From Saccostrea cucullata (taxonomy: Eukaryota): a stretch of 64,000 nucleotides of DNA. The number at the start of each line of letters is the position of its first letter. The first letter of the stretch is position 1. A model generated the notes under the pieces. The model saw only the letters and a list, made by a program, of their open reading frames with translations. It made no database searches and was not told the origin of the DNA. The stretch covers positions 496,001-560,000 of the forward strand of contig NW_026937256.1 in NCBI RefSeq assembly GCF_032062105.1, read 5' to 3'. Made by a program: the position numbers and the translations under genes. Positions 48,016 to 62,392 of this stretch are shown piece by piece.

Positions 48016-51000
48016 TTGTAATAGTAAGAAGGTAAAATTGAGAGTGATAAATTTTGCCTTAAAAATTTCTATTACTCCACGTACAAAAAAGGCAAGTCCA
48101 AGGGATAAACATTTTTGATTCGTTTCAAATGCAATTCTTTATATCCTGTAAGTTTATAATATTTTATGCTTTAAACTTACTGGCAATGAAAACCAAGCAT
48201 GACTGAGTGCTTATAAGCATGTTTGTTGTAACCATGTTGCTCATATTATAGCTTCAATTTGCTGAAGTTTGAATTTGATTGAAACAGTATTCAAAAAAGA
48301 AATGAAGAGAAGGGAGATGGAACCTTTAACCTACCGTGGCTTAAGAATATGTCAAATTACATAAGTGACAAATGTGTTGCTACTGTTTTTTTATCCGTGT
48401 CTTTTTTTATACGTTTGTATATAACAGAGCAACATCCGTTCTCATTTGACGTAATGAGATATTAATCTATGTAAATTCTATTAAATGTTCCCATCTGCAA
48501 TATTAACGACTGTAATTCCTGAAGTGTGAATATTTAATTATATTTTACTGGACTTTTTTTATGGAGTTTAGAAACTAAGAAGACCTGCTTGATGGCCAAT
48601 TTGAATTACTAATGAAATTATTTTTGGTGTGTTTAATTATCATGGTTCTAGCAGCTTAGGTATAAAAAAAAAAACTCCACTTGCAAATTCTCAGGAATCT
48701 GGTTTTTTTTTTTTTATCATTATTCATACCTTGAATTTTGCTGTGCATTATCTTTTCGTCATAGAATTGCTTTTACATTGTCCCATATTTATATGTTTTA
48801 TAATAGAGTGCTAAAGTATTAGATCGTTCTGACAGAAGGCATAATCATTTACTTTTTGTAGCAGAAAAAAAGTGCGTCAACATGAATTAAAAGCTGTTAA
48901 CAAAAGCAAAAATCATCATATATTACATAGAAAAAGGAGGTTAGCCCTATTTTTGAAGATTAAGTTATATTTAGTAAAATGTTATGAAGCAAAATTGGGG
49001 TTTGGAAGGGGGGGGGGCATTAGTAGTATGGAATTTAATTCAGAAAGTATTGCATACAATTTGAAAATAAATCAGTTTTTGCCAGTGAAGGCAAAAGCTA
49101 TTTCACTCAAAGAGAAAGGCAGGCAAATCACCTTGAAATAATGCCTATAACACAGTGGCCTGTGTGTGATCATTTATTAATTAAGGAACTGTTTTTTTTA
49201 AGTCTGATGTTTTTTTTTTCTTTGGGCACTGCTTTAGACCCGGAAATTAGAAGATTCCTTATAAATAATTGGAAAACAAAATCTATAGCTGTATACGTTG
49301 TCTGTCATTTCAGAATTTAAATTGGTAATTGGCATGCCGGTTATGTATTATTTTACACTTATTTTACGTACATAAAGTGCAGCATTATATATTTTAGTGT
49401 ATAGAGACACCGATACATTGTTGAAATGCCTTCACAAAATGATAAATTGATCTTGGTCTATAAATATTGATTTTAACGACTGACTTTCTGCTACCAACTA
49501 TTAATTACTGTGGCATATTTAAATGATTTTTTAAATTTATTTCTACAGGTAGCTGGCAGGTTGAAAACATGTTACATTTTTGTTGTTGTCTATTTGTCAA
49601 ATCTGAAAGGGTCAATAAATTTAAATTAATTTTGAAGAATGTTGATGGCTGCAATTAATTTGTTTAATTCATTGAAAATTGCAATGGGAAATTCCCTGTA
49701 ATTTTAAGGGTATGATATCAGTTTGTTCTTTAGCTATATTGCTGAAGCTACTATATTGTGAAAATTTATTCAACCATGTGACTTCATTTGCAACACTTGT
49801 AGATTTAAAATATTTATAAAGCAATATTGAGTTGTAAAATATTAGGTTTATGACTGTCAGTTAAATTTTATGTTTCTTAATATCCTACCCAAAGCTGCTA
49901 TTTAAATTGCTTCTGTGTAAATCTGTAGCAAAGGATTGCCGTTCCAAATATGCTAATTACACACTTAAATTTGGAGATTTACGATGGAGATTTTTCATGG
50001 TATATCAAGTTGTTTATGACTGTGAGAAGTAATTAATTTTAGAGCCTCATCATCTTCTGTTTTGATGTGGAGAACTGTTATTGAATATAAAGTGTGTTTA
50101 TGGAGATGAAGATGTTTGAATTGTTATTACTAGAGAAGCTTTGTTTACCCCTTAGATTTTGTCTGTAATACAAGATCAGCTCAAAAGTAAAAATGAAATT
50201 GAACTGAGGGGAGTCTTAATCCCCCCCCCCAAATTTAATTAATTTTATTTTTCCCTTTTAATTCTCATGAAAATTAAGGTTTTAGAATTTAAAAATATCT
50301 TCCAGTAAATTGCAAGTTTTTGGCTATTTATAGAAAAATGCTGAACTGAATGAATCTCTACATTTTTTTGGATATAAGCTTTTTATATAGTTTTTATAGA
50401 GTTGTTGGAATTAGCTTATTCAAACTGCATTGCAAAAACTTTGATTGAAAGAGCTATGAATGAACTTGTTACATGTAAAATATTAAAAAGTTCAAATTCT
50501 GAAAATGTCTTTATTATAGGTAATTCTTAGGAATTAGAAAAAAGATTATTTATCACAATGCCTTGTCATTTGGCTTGAGAATGTTTTACAAAACTTTGAT
50601 TTTGTTGCTAATTCATCAGGTAAAAGTTCATTTGGAATGAATTCTTGGTGTAAATTCAAACGACAATACTGATTAGCTCTTCATGAGGTTGAACACAGAT
50701 GTCAGGGGGTAATGTTGTACCTACAATGTCCTCTCCCAATCTGTGATTTGTCAGGCTGAAGCAAATACACTAAAACCAGGTTCTGACATGACAATCAAAA
50801 AATTGCTTCAAATAAAATACAACACTCATTTAATGGCTCATAAGCAGGATATGTCAAATAAAATAAACTTTAACTAAAACACTAGCCACCTTGACAAGAA
50901 ACCAAGATGTGCCGTGGGTTGTAGGTCACCCTAAAGGAGGAGGAGAATAACCTCATAATGTGACATAAATCTTATCATCAGTAAGAGTTACTGGATTTCC

Positions 51001-51938
51001 TTTTTAAAAATGGGGGGGGGGGGTGTTCTAAGCCTTGATCTTCCTCTTTCTAGTTATAGTCTTTACTTATTTGACATTGCAGACATCAATCTTGTAATTG
51101 TGAGTTTGGTTGACTTCCTCATCCTAAGGAGATGTTTATGATTAGCTGTAGGTGATGAGGAAAGAAGAATTTACAGGCTAACTGTTTAAGCTATTTTATA
51201 CTAATTATTTACGTAAAAATAAGTTATAACTTCTGGGTTACTCATTAGATTTTAACCTTGACATTGGTCTCATAGGTTTTTGTCAGGGCTTTGACTGGAA
51301 TAAAAGTTAATTGAGTCAATTGACAAAAAATTATTTTTTTAAAAAACTCCTCTTTTTCTGAGGCCCCTAGTGGCTCCAAGGTGAAGGCCTGTCCCGATGG
51401 GGGTGGGAGGGGGGTGGGGCTTTCACCTTTAAAGAAGATCTTTGGTAATTGAGTTCTGTAGTAAGGTTCCAGAATGCAAGAATATAACCTTCCCTAATTT
51501 ATTTCCGAAGACAGAACCATGGTTTATCTTGAATAAAAAATTATGAGGTTTGGGGGTGGGGAGTTAGATGTATTCACTTTTTGTGGGGAGGGTCATGAGT
51601 TTTACTCCAGATGCAGGGAATTCAACCTAACAGGGTTTGTACTCACAAGTACTGAGACTATTTGAATGTATGGAATTACAAAGTTAGAGTGTGGCATTAC
51701 CAAGTATATATTTCATTGTTCAAACCTATGTTTAAGCAGCGGGGCAAATGAGAATCATGCAATTAAAGCAGTTAAGTTTTGAGACTATTTTGAACCATTG
51801 GTAGGTAAAAATTGGTAGGTAAAAACAAAAGGAAAAAAATATGAAGAATGCATCAGAAATGAAATTGTATGTCCAAGAAGATAGTAAAAGAATAAGTTGA
51901 CCCAGTTACAAGGTAATGTCTTTTAATTAAAATATGTT

Positions 51939-54229
51939 AAACTAGAGCAAAGCTCGTTGCAAATCAACGAGTAGGTCTTCCTTCCTGTTTGACCGGAAGT
52001 AGCTTTCATTTTTCCCAAAAATGAGAAATAACACCCAAAAATGCTTTGAATCCTCTAAAGGTATGTTAGTAATGCAAAATAAGCCATTTTTTGCTACTTC
52101 CGGTTTAACCGGAAGTAACGACGACGCACGGAAAATTAATTTTTAAGCTCCAAGAGACATATGTTGACCAAAAACTTGTCACAAACGGCAAAAATACGCG
52201 TTTTCCGACTACTTCTGGTTTGGCTGGAAGTGACGACGCTGGACGAATTTTGACGACTTCATTAGATTAAGCCTGGCATTTTCAACAACTTTGCTTCTTT
52301 GATGTATTACAAATTCTGAATACTTTTTGAGATATCTGGAAAAATCTTTTGGCCCCTCTAAATCCCTTGATTAAGGGGTCAGCCCCTTTTTTCGACATAT
52401 CAATTGAAAAATCTTCTAATTCTGCACAAATTATGTTCTATATATTTTTAACAAAATATTTTCAGTTTAGAAGACAAAAAGCAAAATATGAGTAATTTTT
52501 GTTTCTTTTAAGCGTTCTAATTTTTGACCCTTATATAGCGCCATTTTGAATGGAGAAATCGAAAATCAAAAACCGATGTGCACAACTTCAATCCTTTTTG
52601 TCCCCCGCTTTCGCGAAAGCGAGGGGACATTAAATCTCATTCGTCTGTCCGTCTGTCAGTCTGTCAGTCTGTCCGTCACAAAAACTTTAACCTTGCCCAT
52701 AACTTTTGATTTAGTGGAGCTATGACTTTCATATTTCACATGTGTATTCCTTGTGACAAGTCCTTTCTTTGGGTACCACCAAATTTGACCTTTTGACCTT
52801 GACCTTGGAGTTTGACCCACTTTTACTCAAAAATTCCAAACTTTTACTTTGGCCATAACTTTTGAATAGTAGGTACTAGGACATTCATATTTCACATATG
52901 TATTGTTTGTGGCAAGACCTTTCATTGGATAACAACAACCTTGACCTTTTGACCTTGACCTTGGAGATTTACGTACTTATGAAAAAACTTTAACCTTGAC
53001 CATAACTTTTGAACGGTGAGGACTAAGGCTTTCGTACTTCACATATGTAATCCTTGTGAGAAAACCTTTCATTGGATACCAATAACTTTTACCCTTTGAC
53101 CTTGACCTTGGAGATTTAACTACTTTTAAAAAGTTTTAACCTCGGTCACAACTTTTAAACAGTAGATACTAGGACTTTTATATTTCACATATGTATTCCT
53201 TGTGGCAAGACATTTCATTGGATACAAACAACCTTGACCTTTTGACCTTGACCTTGGAGATTTACATCCTTATGAAAAACTTTAACCTTGACCATAACTT
53301 TTGAACGGTGAGGGCTAGGGCTTTCGTACTTCACATATGTAATTTTTTTGAAAGACATTTTATTGGATACCAACAACTTTGCCCTTTGACCTTGACATTG
53401 GAGTTTTAACTACTTTTTTTAAAAAAAACTTTAACTTTGGTCACAACTTTTGAACGGTAGATACTTGGTCTTTTATATTTCACATATGTATTCTTTGTGG
53501 CAAGTCCTTTCATTGGATATCATCAACTTTGACCTTTTGACCTTGACCTTAAAGATTTACGTACTTATGAAAAAACTTTAACCTTGACCATAACTTTTGA
53601 ACAGTAAGGGCGAGGGCTTTCATACTTCACATAGGTAATCCTTGTGAGAAAACCTTTCATTGGATATCAACAACTTTGACCCTTTGATCTTGACCTTGGA
53701 GTTGACCTACTTTTAAAAAAACTTTTTATTTTGGCCATAACTTTTTAACGGTCAGGATTAGGGTTTTCATCTTTAAAAAAAAAAATCAACTTCAGTGTTA
53801 CTTTCGAAATAAATGACATAGGATGTTCATATTACACACAATATGTCATAAAAAATAACATCTCACCCACAAAGACACAGAAAGCGGGGGACCACAATTC
53901 TTTGAATTTGCTTGTACTATCTAAAATCAGTAGAATTTCTGCTCCAGATTAAGCCGTCTCTGAGCCTTTGTCTGGAAACGAAAGCCTATAAATTTTCGTT
54001 TAAAGGGAAATAACTCAAAACCGGAAGTGATTTTATGAAATTTTAGTCAACATTCTGATAGAGTTTATAAAAGTCTATAACCTCTGAAAATTTGAGCGAA
54101 ATTCGTTGAGAAACTAGTGAGATATGAGGCCTCAAAGTTGCGGTCTAGGAAGTAGAAGAAAAAAAAAGAATAATAATCTTTACCATCAGAATCAGTAGAA
54201 GGTCTTCCGTTGGAAACAGAAGACCTTAA
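51939..54229 (-). mobile_element. Non-autonomous Helentron/HINE-like element hosting a nested insertion
   Basis: AAACTAG + hairpin CTCGTTG..CAACGAG + AGGTCTTCC at one end; palindrome AAGGTCTTCCGTTGGAAACAGAAGACCTT plus AAG/AAT microsatellite at the other. Same terminal architecture as 3290-4362. Confidence 0.8.
52595..53915 (+). mobile_element. Nested HINE element carrying a ~147-bp satellite array
   Basis: TTTTTGTCCCCCGCTTT subTIR/palindrome, (GTCT/GTCC/GTCA)n microsatellite, 7 full monomers plus a partial one (~52680-53770), reverse subTIR AAAGCGGGGGAC, 3' hairpin AATTC-ttt-GAATT, T-rich insertion site. Confidence 0.9.
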
Positions 54230-54589
54230 TTCATGTGTTGAGGATTTTAACTATATAGATGCCATGAAAAGTGACATAGTCAGCAACTGTAATGCCTGGA
54301 ATACAATCACTGTCTCCTGATTTAGATAGTTTATCAGCTTAAAACACTCTTAGATGAGTCAAACACTTCTTTAGTCTGTAGTTTTATGTCAAGATTTGGG
54401 TCACACATTTACACTTTTGTTTTTGACAAGTATATTGAATAAGTACTTTAATTTCATTTATAGAGGAATTCAATGGTAGGTTTTTGAATGACACAGCAGT
54501 TGCTCAGTTTCATTAGAATAACAGAATCTCTGCCATAGTCCTGTTACAAGGGGAGATAACTATAGGGAAATGTTTTTTTTTTTTGAAAA

Positions 54590-54885
54590 TGGATGGGCCA
54601 TTTAAAATCTTTTAAAAGAACCTGTGATGACTGGGCCAGAAAAGATGAAATTCATATTTGAAAGGTTTCAAACGTAGGGTAGATTGTTCAAATGATGCCC
54701 CACAGGGGTAAAGTGGGGCCACCATGCATGAATTTTTTCTTTTTTTTTTTTTTTTACAAGGGAATTACTGTAATAATCTTTAAAAAATTCTTCTCAAGAA
54801 CAGCAAAGCCATGATTAGTCATAATTATAAAAAAGGTGGTGTTTATAGATTCAAGTTTGTTCAAACCAGGACCCCCAAAGGGATT
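54590..54885 (+). repeat. Degenerate Cg170/HindIII-like oyster satellite fragments
   Basis: GGCCAGAAAAG, AGGGGTAAAGTGGGGCCAC, AATCTTTAAAAAATTCTTCTCAAGAAC and TAGATTCAAGTTTGTTCAAA match my recollection of the ~166-bp oyster satellite. Related decayed pieces lie near 16270-16440 and 60020-60380. Confidence 0.55.
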
Positions 54886-57501
54886 AGCCTGAATGTTTAT
54901 TATTTGGATTAATGTAATTGTTAATTGTAAAGAAAGAAATGTTTGTGTTGTTTTTATTAAGCTGAATCATTTCATGCTCAGAATAAGAATTTACGACTGT
55001 AGTATTGTTGGTAATAGACAAGGATATTTTCACATATCAGGTTTACTTGAAACCTGCATTAAAGACAAAAAAATTATTTTAAAAAGGCATATTGAACAGG
55101 CATTTAAAATCTATTGCACCTGTCATTATTGTCATTAATCAAAACCAGACATATGAAATAGGTATTTAACATGTTGATAAATGCCTTTCTAGCTATAAAA
55201 GACCAATATGCTGTGACATTTAAAATATCATAAAGCCAACACTTTGCAGCCTATTGATCCTGTTTTTTATAAACATTTAAGTTCATTAGGTAATTATATT
55301 GTTTGGAGTTGCACAGATCCTTTTTGCCGATACCATCCGTATTGGGTTACTTATAGAACGTTAGAACTTTGTCATGACAAACGCTAAAAATAAATTTTGT
55401 ATACAAGATTGTATCTCAGACATTTTTTCAATGTCTGGCTTCCTAGTTGGAAGCTCACCTGAGCCAAGAACTCAAGTTTTGTCCTATATCTCGATGATTG
55501 ACCTTTACTGTCTCCAGATTAGTCGATATAGCCTTTCTTAACCATTGGTGATGAGGACAAAATTATGTATTTTGATATTCATTATATGTATTTGTTATTA
55601 ATCCATGACAAGGAGGGTTAGTCACTGAATACTGGGCCTAAAAAGGAGCCAAGAACCCCCACCTAAAATTGGAATACTTAAGAAAGGCATTTGAAATATT
55701 TTTTGTTAACAACTATGTTGCATTTTACAAAATGAATTTGCAGTAATGCTATTCATTTTTCAATGCTTGCACACTATTTTGGTTAAAGCAGCATCCTCTC
55801 TTCTCCTTGTGGAGTCACAGAGTTAGACAGTATCAATTGATGTCCTTATCTCATGTGAGCATTATTGTCCATGGGGGCCTATTTATTGCTTTTTAATTAA
55901 CAATGATAATGGCATGAGACCAACAGACCAGAAATGTATTACTTCTCATAATGATTTGTAATAAATGGCAGATATTCATTTAGAATAAAATGAATGAAAT
56001 TTTAATTTTCAATATTTTCAAATAATTGATGGATGTGTTCTGGGATCAAACTGACTAGGAGTAAAATCCATAAAAGGATAAATGTTACTGAATAAGAAAT
56101 AAAGACTGACTATTTTGCCTGATACATAAAATGTTGAGTCTCTAATTCTCATAACAGTGATCATTCTTGTCGAATGAAAGCGGTGCTAATCTTTTTGATA
56201 GCATATTTTCTGGTTTAATGATCTTATCCACAAGTGGAGGATATTAACCCTGGTCCGATTGTCCATCCGTCTGTCTGTTGGTAACATTTTCGTTTCCATG
56301 AAATATTGACAAGCCCTTTGAGTTTTTGCAATAAAATCTTATACAACAACTTCCTATGGCATAAGGAAGACCCTTTTGATTTTGAGGTCAAAAGGTCAAA
56401 GGTCAAGGTCTTTAAGAAATACTTTCTTCTGCGTGTAAAAAAAAATTTCTCAAGAAGCTTTTAAGTTTTTGCAATTAATATTTATTATATACCATCATTC
56501 ATGATAAATCCCTATGGCCCCGTCCGTTTACCCTGCCTAAAATCTTAAAGTGCCCCCCCCCCCCATCTGCAAATGCTCTTTTTTTCTCCCTTAAGTGGAA
56601 GACACTGATTCTCTGAATTCGCTTGTGTACTTAATTGTGCAAATGACTTATATGGATATCTTTATGTTAAATTAGTCTTGTTCATATGTGGCAGATAAAT
56701 AGTTATTGATTTTATGAATAGAATATGTTGATGTTACTTGAAAAAATTGCTGATTGATTTAGATTTTACCATTTTTTTTCCCTATAATTATGAAATTGTT
56801 AAAATTGATATCATGAAGTCAGTTTTGGATGAAGTCAGTTTGACTTGGGATTATGATTTACAACTCAACCCCATGCATGTACAGTATGAATGATCAGCCT
56901 AAATAGTGTGTGACTTACTATGAACAATTTCTGCATTCATTGAACTATTTCTTTTCATTATACCATTTTCTTATCAAGTGTTTGTATAAGATGGATAGGG
57001 GAAAACATGATAAAATAATAATAGATTTTTAAGAGTCTTATCTAGTTCCCAGGCTACAATATTCAGCATATTTAAGCCAAAATATGGTAATTTTTGTTTG
57101 AGAAGAGAGAATTTCTCACATGTAAAATATTGTGGGTAATATTAATAAAAATTTAGATTATCAAAATGAAGTCATGTGAAATGTCTGTTCAGCATAAGAC
57201 ATGATGTGCATTCATTCAAGGTAAGAAAGATAACTCTCGTACACTAACTCATGGCTTAAATTTCGCATAAAAAAAAAAGATCAAAAGTGAATAAAAATCA
57301 TGAAAGTGAAGCATTTAGTATCTATAAGAATCATTAAGCTTTTTCTTTATAGTACATGATTGTATTTTGAAAAAATTAAAAAAAGACCATTAAATGATAA
57401 TATTTCTGAGAAAGATATATAGGAAACTCAACTACTAGTACCATGAGGTCTTCAATATGGCTTCAACCAATATGGTAAATATGATTGTTACTGAAGTATA
57501 G

Positions 57502-57644
57502 NNNNNNNNNNNNNNNNNNNNNNNNNNNNNNNNNNNNNNNNNNNNNNNNNNNNNNNNNNNNNNNNNNNNNNNNNNNNNNNNNNNNNNNNNNNNNNNNNNN
57601 NNNNNNNNNNNNNNNNNNNNNNNNNNNNNNNNNNNNNNNNNNNN
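57502..57644. other. Assembly gap (N run)
   Basis: Run of n characters. Confidence 1.
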
Positions 57645-58030
57645 TTTTTGCTGTTGATGCTGGAGTTTATGACACATGTACATCCAGGGATGATATACAA
57701 ATTGAGTTCATTTTTATCCCCTGACAACAGAACTTAGGGAGGATATAGTTAGTTGTGTGTGTTCGTGGGTGAGTGAGTTAGTCCTGTGAAAAATTGCAGT
57801 GGGATGGATTATTTTGTCTTGATTTATAGATCTGCTCTTTGCGAGGGGATGCTTTGCAATGTCATTGATGATTTTTTGACATTTCCACCACCTCCCAACT
57901 TACCACCCCAACCCTTTTTTTCCCCAAAAGTTTTATATATGGCATTTATGGAATTTGGGAATTCTATACTATGGTGTGATATAAAGTATCAGAATGTATA
58001 AAAACTTGACTGAAAATAAAGAAATATATA

Positions 58031-58867
58031 CTTGTCAAAATTTCTAAGTCCCCACTTTTATTAACTTAAGTATTTAAAAAACTTAAAATCAATTAACAAG
58101 TTGCTTACAATTTTACCTTTTTTTTAGTGCCTACCTTACGGCCAAAAAAGACTTGTTGGGTTAAAAATTGAAGTGCGAGTTTCATATGTTTTCGGGTGTA
58201 TCTTTTATTTATTTGAATTTCCATTGTTTTACATCTTTAGTTGTTCACGAAAAACAGAAAAAAGCTTGAATAAAATGCCGTGTATGTCCGTACAACAATG
58301 TGCAAGTGAAGTTGACTAGGCCCAAGCTGGTGATAGTAGAGGAGAGTTGTATTTCCTTCCCCTGTTTTTGTTTATTTTACTTAAAACCTTTAAAAATATC
58401 AGCAGAAAGCTGAACAAAGCTTACTTGAATTCCTTACAATCATTAAAAATCGCTAAAATTTCAACAAATCGGAAAATTCACTAAAACCCGAACCGGAAGT
58501 GCCCATGGTCAAGGCATATACACCAACTGCAACGACACAAAAACTTATTGTTTGTTTGCAATAAAAAAAATATACAAAAATGAAACAAACTGGAAGAGTG
58601 GGAATGTGTGTTAAAAATAGTAAAGAAAAAAGTACCTTGCAATACATAAAATAACCCTCAATAAAGATATAGTATATTTGTTTCATAAAAAAAAATTGTA
58701 AAGAGAAAAACTTTACGTTTCTGCATTTTGTGTTAAAGCCTATCAATAAAATTAGGTTAATGAAAAATAATAATCCTGAATACTTATCAATTTATATTGT
58801 CTAAATAATTTATTATAAAAGCAGTGTGAAGCAAAAACTTACCTGGGGACTTAGAAATTTTGATTAG
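58031..58867. mobile_element. TIR element inserted in a (TA)n site
   Basis: tatata|CTTGTCAAAATTTCTAAGTCCCCA ... TGGGGACTTAGAAATTTTGATTAG|tatata. Confidence 0.8.
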
Positions 58868-60859
58868 TATATATACATAAAAATGAATTATACTCCTTTT
58901 TTAATTGAGACTTGTTGGGTTAAAAATTTCAGTCCCCCCCCCCCCCCCCCCCTCCCTTCCCCGGAAGAAAAACAAAAACTTATTGTTTGTTTGCAATAAA
59001 AATATACAAAAATGCATTAAAAAAGAAGAAAAAAGTATGATATTTTAAAAAATTTGTAAAGAGAAAAACTATACTGTATTGAAGAAATTGAGATAGGTAG
59101 GTATCTTGTGGTATAAGTAAATAAGGGATGCCCTGCATACGAAACAAGTGCCTGTGGTATGCATAATAAAAAGTTGAACTATGGAAAGAGAGATAATCCA
59201 GATTGTATTCAAGTTATTATCTTTCATTAGATGAATGCTTGTTCAAATTTCTTTAGGTATTAAAAATCATTTATTTTAATTAATAAAACATTTTCGATAG
59301 ATCGTCATGATTTGAAATCAATTCTTATTTAATTTTTTTTAATTATTTGAAGGTAGTAAAAAAAATTAAGTTTTTTTTTTTGCATGAAATGTGAGGGTAT
59401 GTAAATGAGTTACAATTGGCATAAAATTATGGAAAATGATATAGGTATGATCATTACACCTGTGGTTAGAGGGATGGAAATGAAATTCAGAGCTAAAAAC
59501 ACTAGGCACTTCAAAATATTGGAACATATACAATAGACAGATAGAGATCGTCTCGAATTGACACAGATTCTTGGATTGAGGTAGGAGGGTTTCAATTAAT
59601 TGAATACATTAATTAACATAATTATTAAACAGATTATGTAATATTACCATGGAAGATAAAATTTTTTGAAGGATTTGTGTAAGTTTGTGATAAAAATTTA
59701 CGGAATGCACGAAATACAAGTGTATTGTGTTTGTAATCTAAATGGATACACCATTAATCTTGGATGTGTGCTAGCTGCCTTTCACATTTTGATAATTTTT
59801 CAAAAGGATGGTATTTAGAGATAAGTTTTCCTTATGATTTTAATTTTGGTTTTAGTTCTGTTTAAAATGATTTCATCAAATATTGACTATATGTGTAGAA
59901 AGCTATAACATGTAAATTGTTGCTGATAAGAAGATATAGCATGGGTTTTTCTTCAAGGATTTTGGTCTTACACGAGCCAGATGAGATTTTCAAATGTACA
60001 ATGAAACTTTTAACATTAGCCTGCAAACTTTTAACAATGTCATCTTCTTAAGAAACATGGAGTCAGTTTCGACCAAGCTGCGAAACATCTTTGGGTAAGA
60101 GCTAGGGGTTCAAACATTTTCAAATAAAAACTTGTGTACTTTTTCAAGGGGTTAAAATCAAGAATTAAATGAAAATCGAGTGGGTTAATTAATTTTTTTT
60201 ATTTATTTCTAGAACCTCAGGATCAGAAAATACAAATCTTATGCCAAACTTACGAGATGCTGAGCTTGGTCAATTCAAAATTATGGCCCCTGAGACAATT
60301 GTGGTGATCAAAGAATAAGTATTAAATAAATATAGGTGTCAAAGTTTACGTCGTTGGAAAAAGAAAAATCTTTAGAAATCTTTCTTATCAATGTCAGACA
60401 TTTTCGTGTTAATTTGCACACAGTAACCAAGTTAGGTTAAAAAATTACATAAAATTTTTTAAACAAAAATTTATGATTATGATTTTTAAGAATAAAGTAT
60501 TTTCAATAGGACTTGGACAATATATCAATGATATCAATTTTGTGTTAGGATGATACACATATTGATATGAATATAGAAATTTTTATTGATTGCCCCCCCC
60601 CCCCCAAATTTCCATTTTTTCTATGATTTTGAGTTTAAGATAATACTTTGTGAAATAATTTTTTTTCACAGCTGATGTAATCTCAATTTTGAAGAGATAT
60701 TTCTTTCATTTCAATAACATAATTTTTTCTTTCATTTCAGTACAACATTTTTTTTTTAAGATACATGACTAATTCAAATTTGTGACACTTATCATATCAT
60801 GGCTCAAATATTGTGTTACATATTGTCCCAGACTTAATTTTCAATAAACTTCTCAAATA

Positions 60860-61074
60860 CCATTGAAGTGGAAATTTTAGAGAGATCCAAATTTAGCGAC
60901 TTGTCCTTAAAAATGGGTATTTTATTTTTAAATAGATGTAATTTTAGCTGTATTAAAAAGCTCACTAATGAAGCCTTTGCAACTTAATTTTTGGCTATAT
61001 TCAATTTTAGCGATCTCAGCACCTTTGCTAATAGTGCCAAAATTAAATCCTCACTCAAAATTCCACATATACGG
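60860..61074. mobile_element. Decayed TA-flanked MITE
   Basis: TA|CCATTGAAGTGGAAATTTT ... AAAATTCCACATATACGG|TA, with internal ATTTAGCGA repeats. Confidence 0.5.
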
Positions 61075-61489
61075 TATATACAGTATTTGCAAAATGCTAA
61101 TGAAAAAATATTGCAGAAATATGAATTTAAAAATTTGTGAGCAGGTAGCCTTTTCCAAGTGCTCAGTGTTTAAAAACTTTTTAAAAAAAAATTATAAAGG
61201 TCTTCTTATACATACAGTTTAACTTCGTTATATCAGACACTTAATCTGATATTTCTTAAATACAAGAGGGATATGTCAAAATGATTTGTAAGTCCAAACC
61301 ATTTCACCCTCAATATCTGGAAGTATTTTCTTTGTTCCATCATGAAAACGAATGTTTGACTGTATTCTTTTACTTTAAACCATCAACATATAAAACATCT
61401 TTGGAGAGATTGAATTGAAACAAAGTGTAATGAAAACCTATGATCTTCATTAGGAGAAATTTAGATTTGTTGAAAATCTTAACATGTTT

Positions 61490-62044
61490 AACAAGATGTG
61501 TTTATGAAACACTATGCGCCCGGTGGCAACAAAGTTCAAAGAAGCTATTTTTAGCATACAGGACACAGTCAAGGTCACAAGGTCATTGGCCAGGTTTCAT
61601 TTGAAAGAGCTTAATTAGTGAAGTATGCATAGCAAATATGAAGTCTTTATCTCTTATGGTTCAAAAGTTATGGTGAAGGTTCAAAAAGGCTATCTTTAAC
61701 ATATAGGTCATGATCACAAGGTCATTGACCTTGGTTTCATTTGATAGAGCTTAGTTAGTGGAGTATGCGTAGCAAATATGAAGTCTCTATCTCGTATGGT
61801 TCAAAAGTTATGGCAAAGGTTAGAAAAAGCTATTTTTAGCATAAGGGTCACAGTCTAGGTCAAAAGGACATTGACCTTGGTGTCATTTGGAAGAGCTTCA
61901 TTAGTGGAGTATGCATACCAGATCAGAAGTCTCTATCCTTCGTGATGAAAAAAAGTTATGGCGAAGGTTAAAGTTTGCTGACAAATAGACAGACAGACAG
62001 GACAAAAACAATATGTGCCCCCAATCTATCGATCTGGGCGCATA
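61490..62044 (-). mobile_element. HINE element with three ~140-145-bp internal tandem repeats
   Basis: AACAAG end with hairpin GTGTTT..AAACAC, subTIR TATGCGCCC / GGGCGCATA, (GACA)n microsatellite, and monomers starting GCTATTTTTAGCATA at ~61544, 61689 and 61829. Confidence 0.85.
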
Positions 62045-62392
62045 GAAATTCTTAAAGGCCTGTTACATGTAATAAAGCGGAAAGTTCATGAATGAATGAA
62101 CCTGGTGGGGGATTTTGGAGTTATCACCAATATGGGATCCTTAGATTTACATTAGCAACTAACACATTGAGGGATCTGTAAGTTCTTGTTCAGTAATACA
62201 TATTTACAACATGGCACTTATAAGGACAAAAAATAATGCAGATTGTGTGGGTTTTTTTTTTTTAAATCACCATGGATTCACATGGAAAATTTGATGCAGA
62301 GATAGTCCCAAAAAATCTGGGAAAGAACTGGAACAAGAGATTTATTTTTTCATTTTTCTCAAATTAATATGCCTGCATTGTAATGCATTGAA

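Noticed and set aside
58837-58847. ACTTACCTGG resembling the U1 snRNA 5' end
   Set aside because: The match is only 10 nt and runs into a transposon TIR; no U1 body follows.
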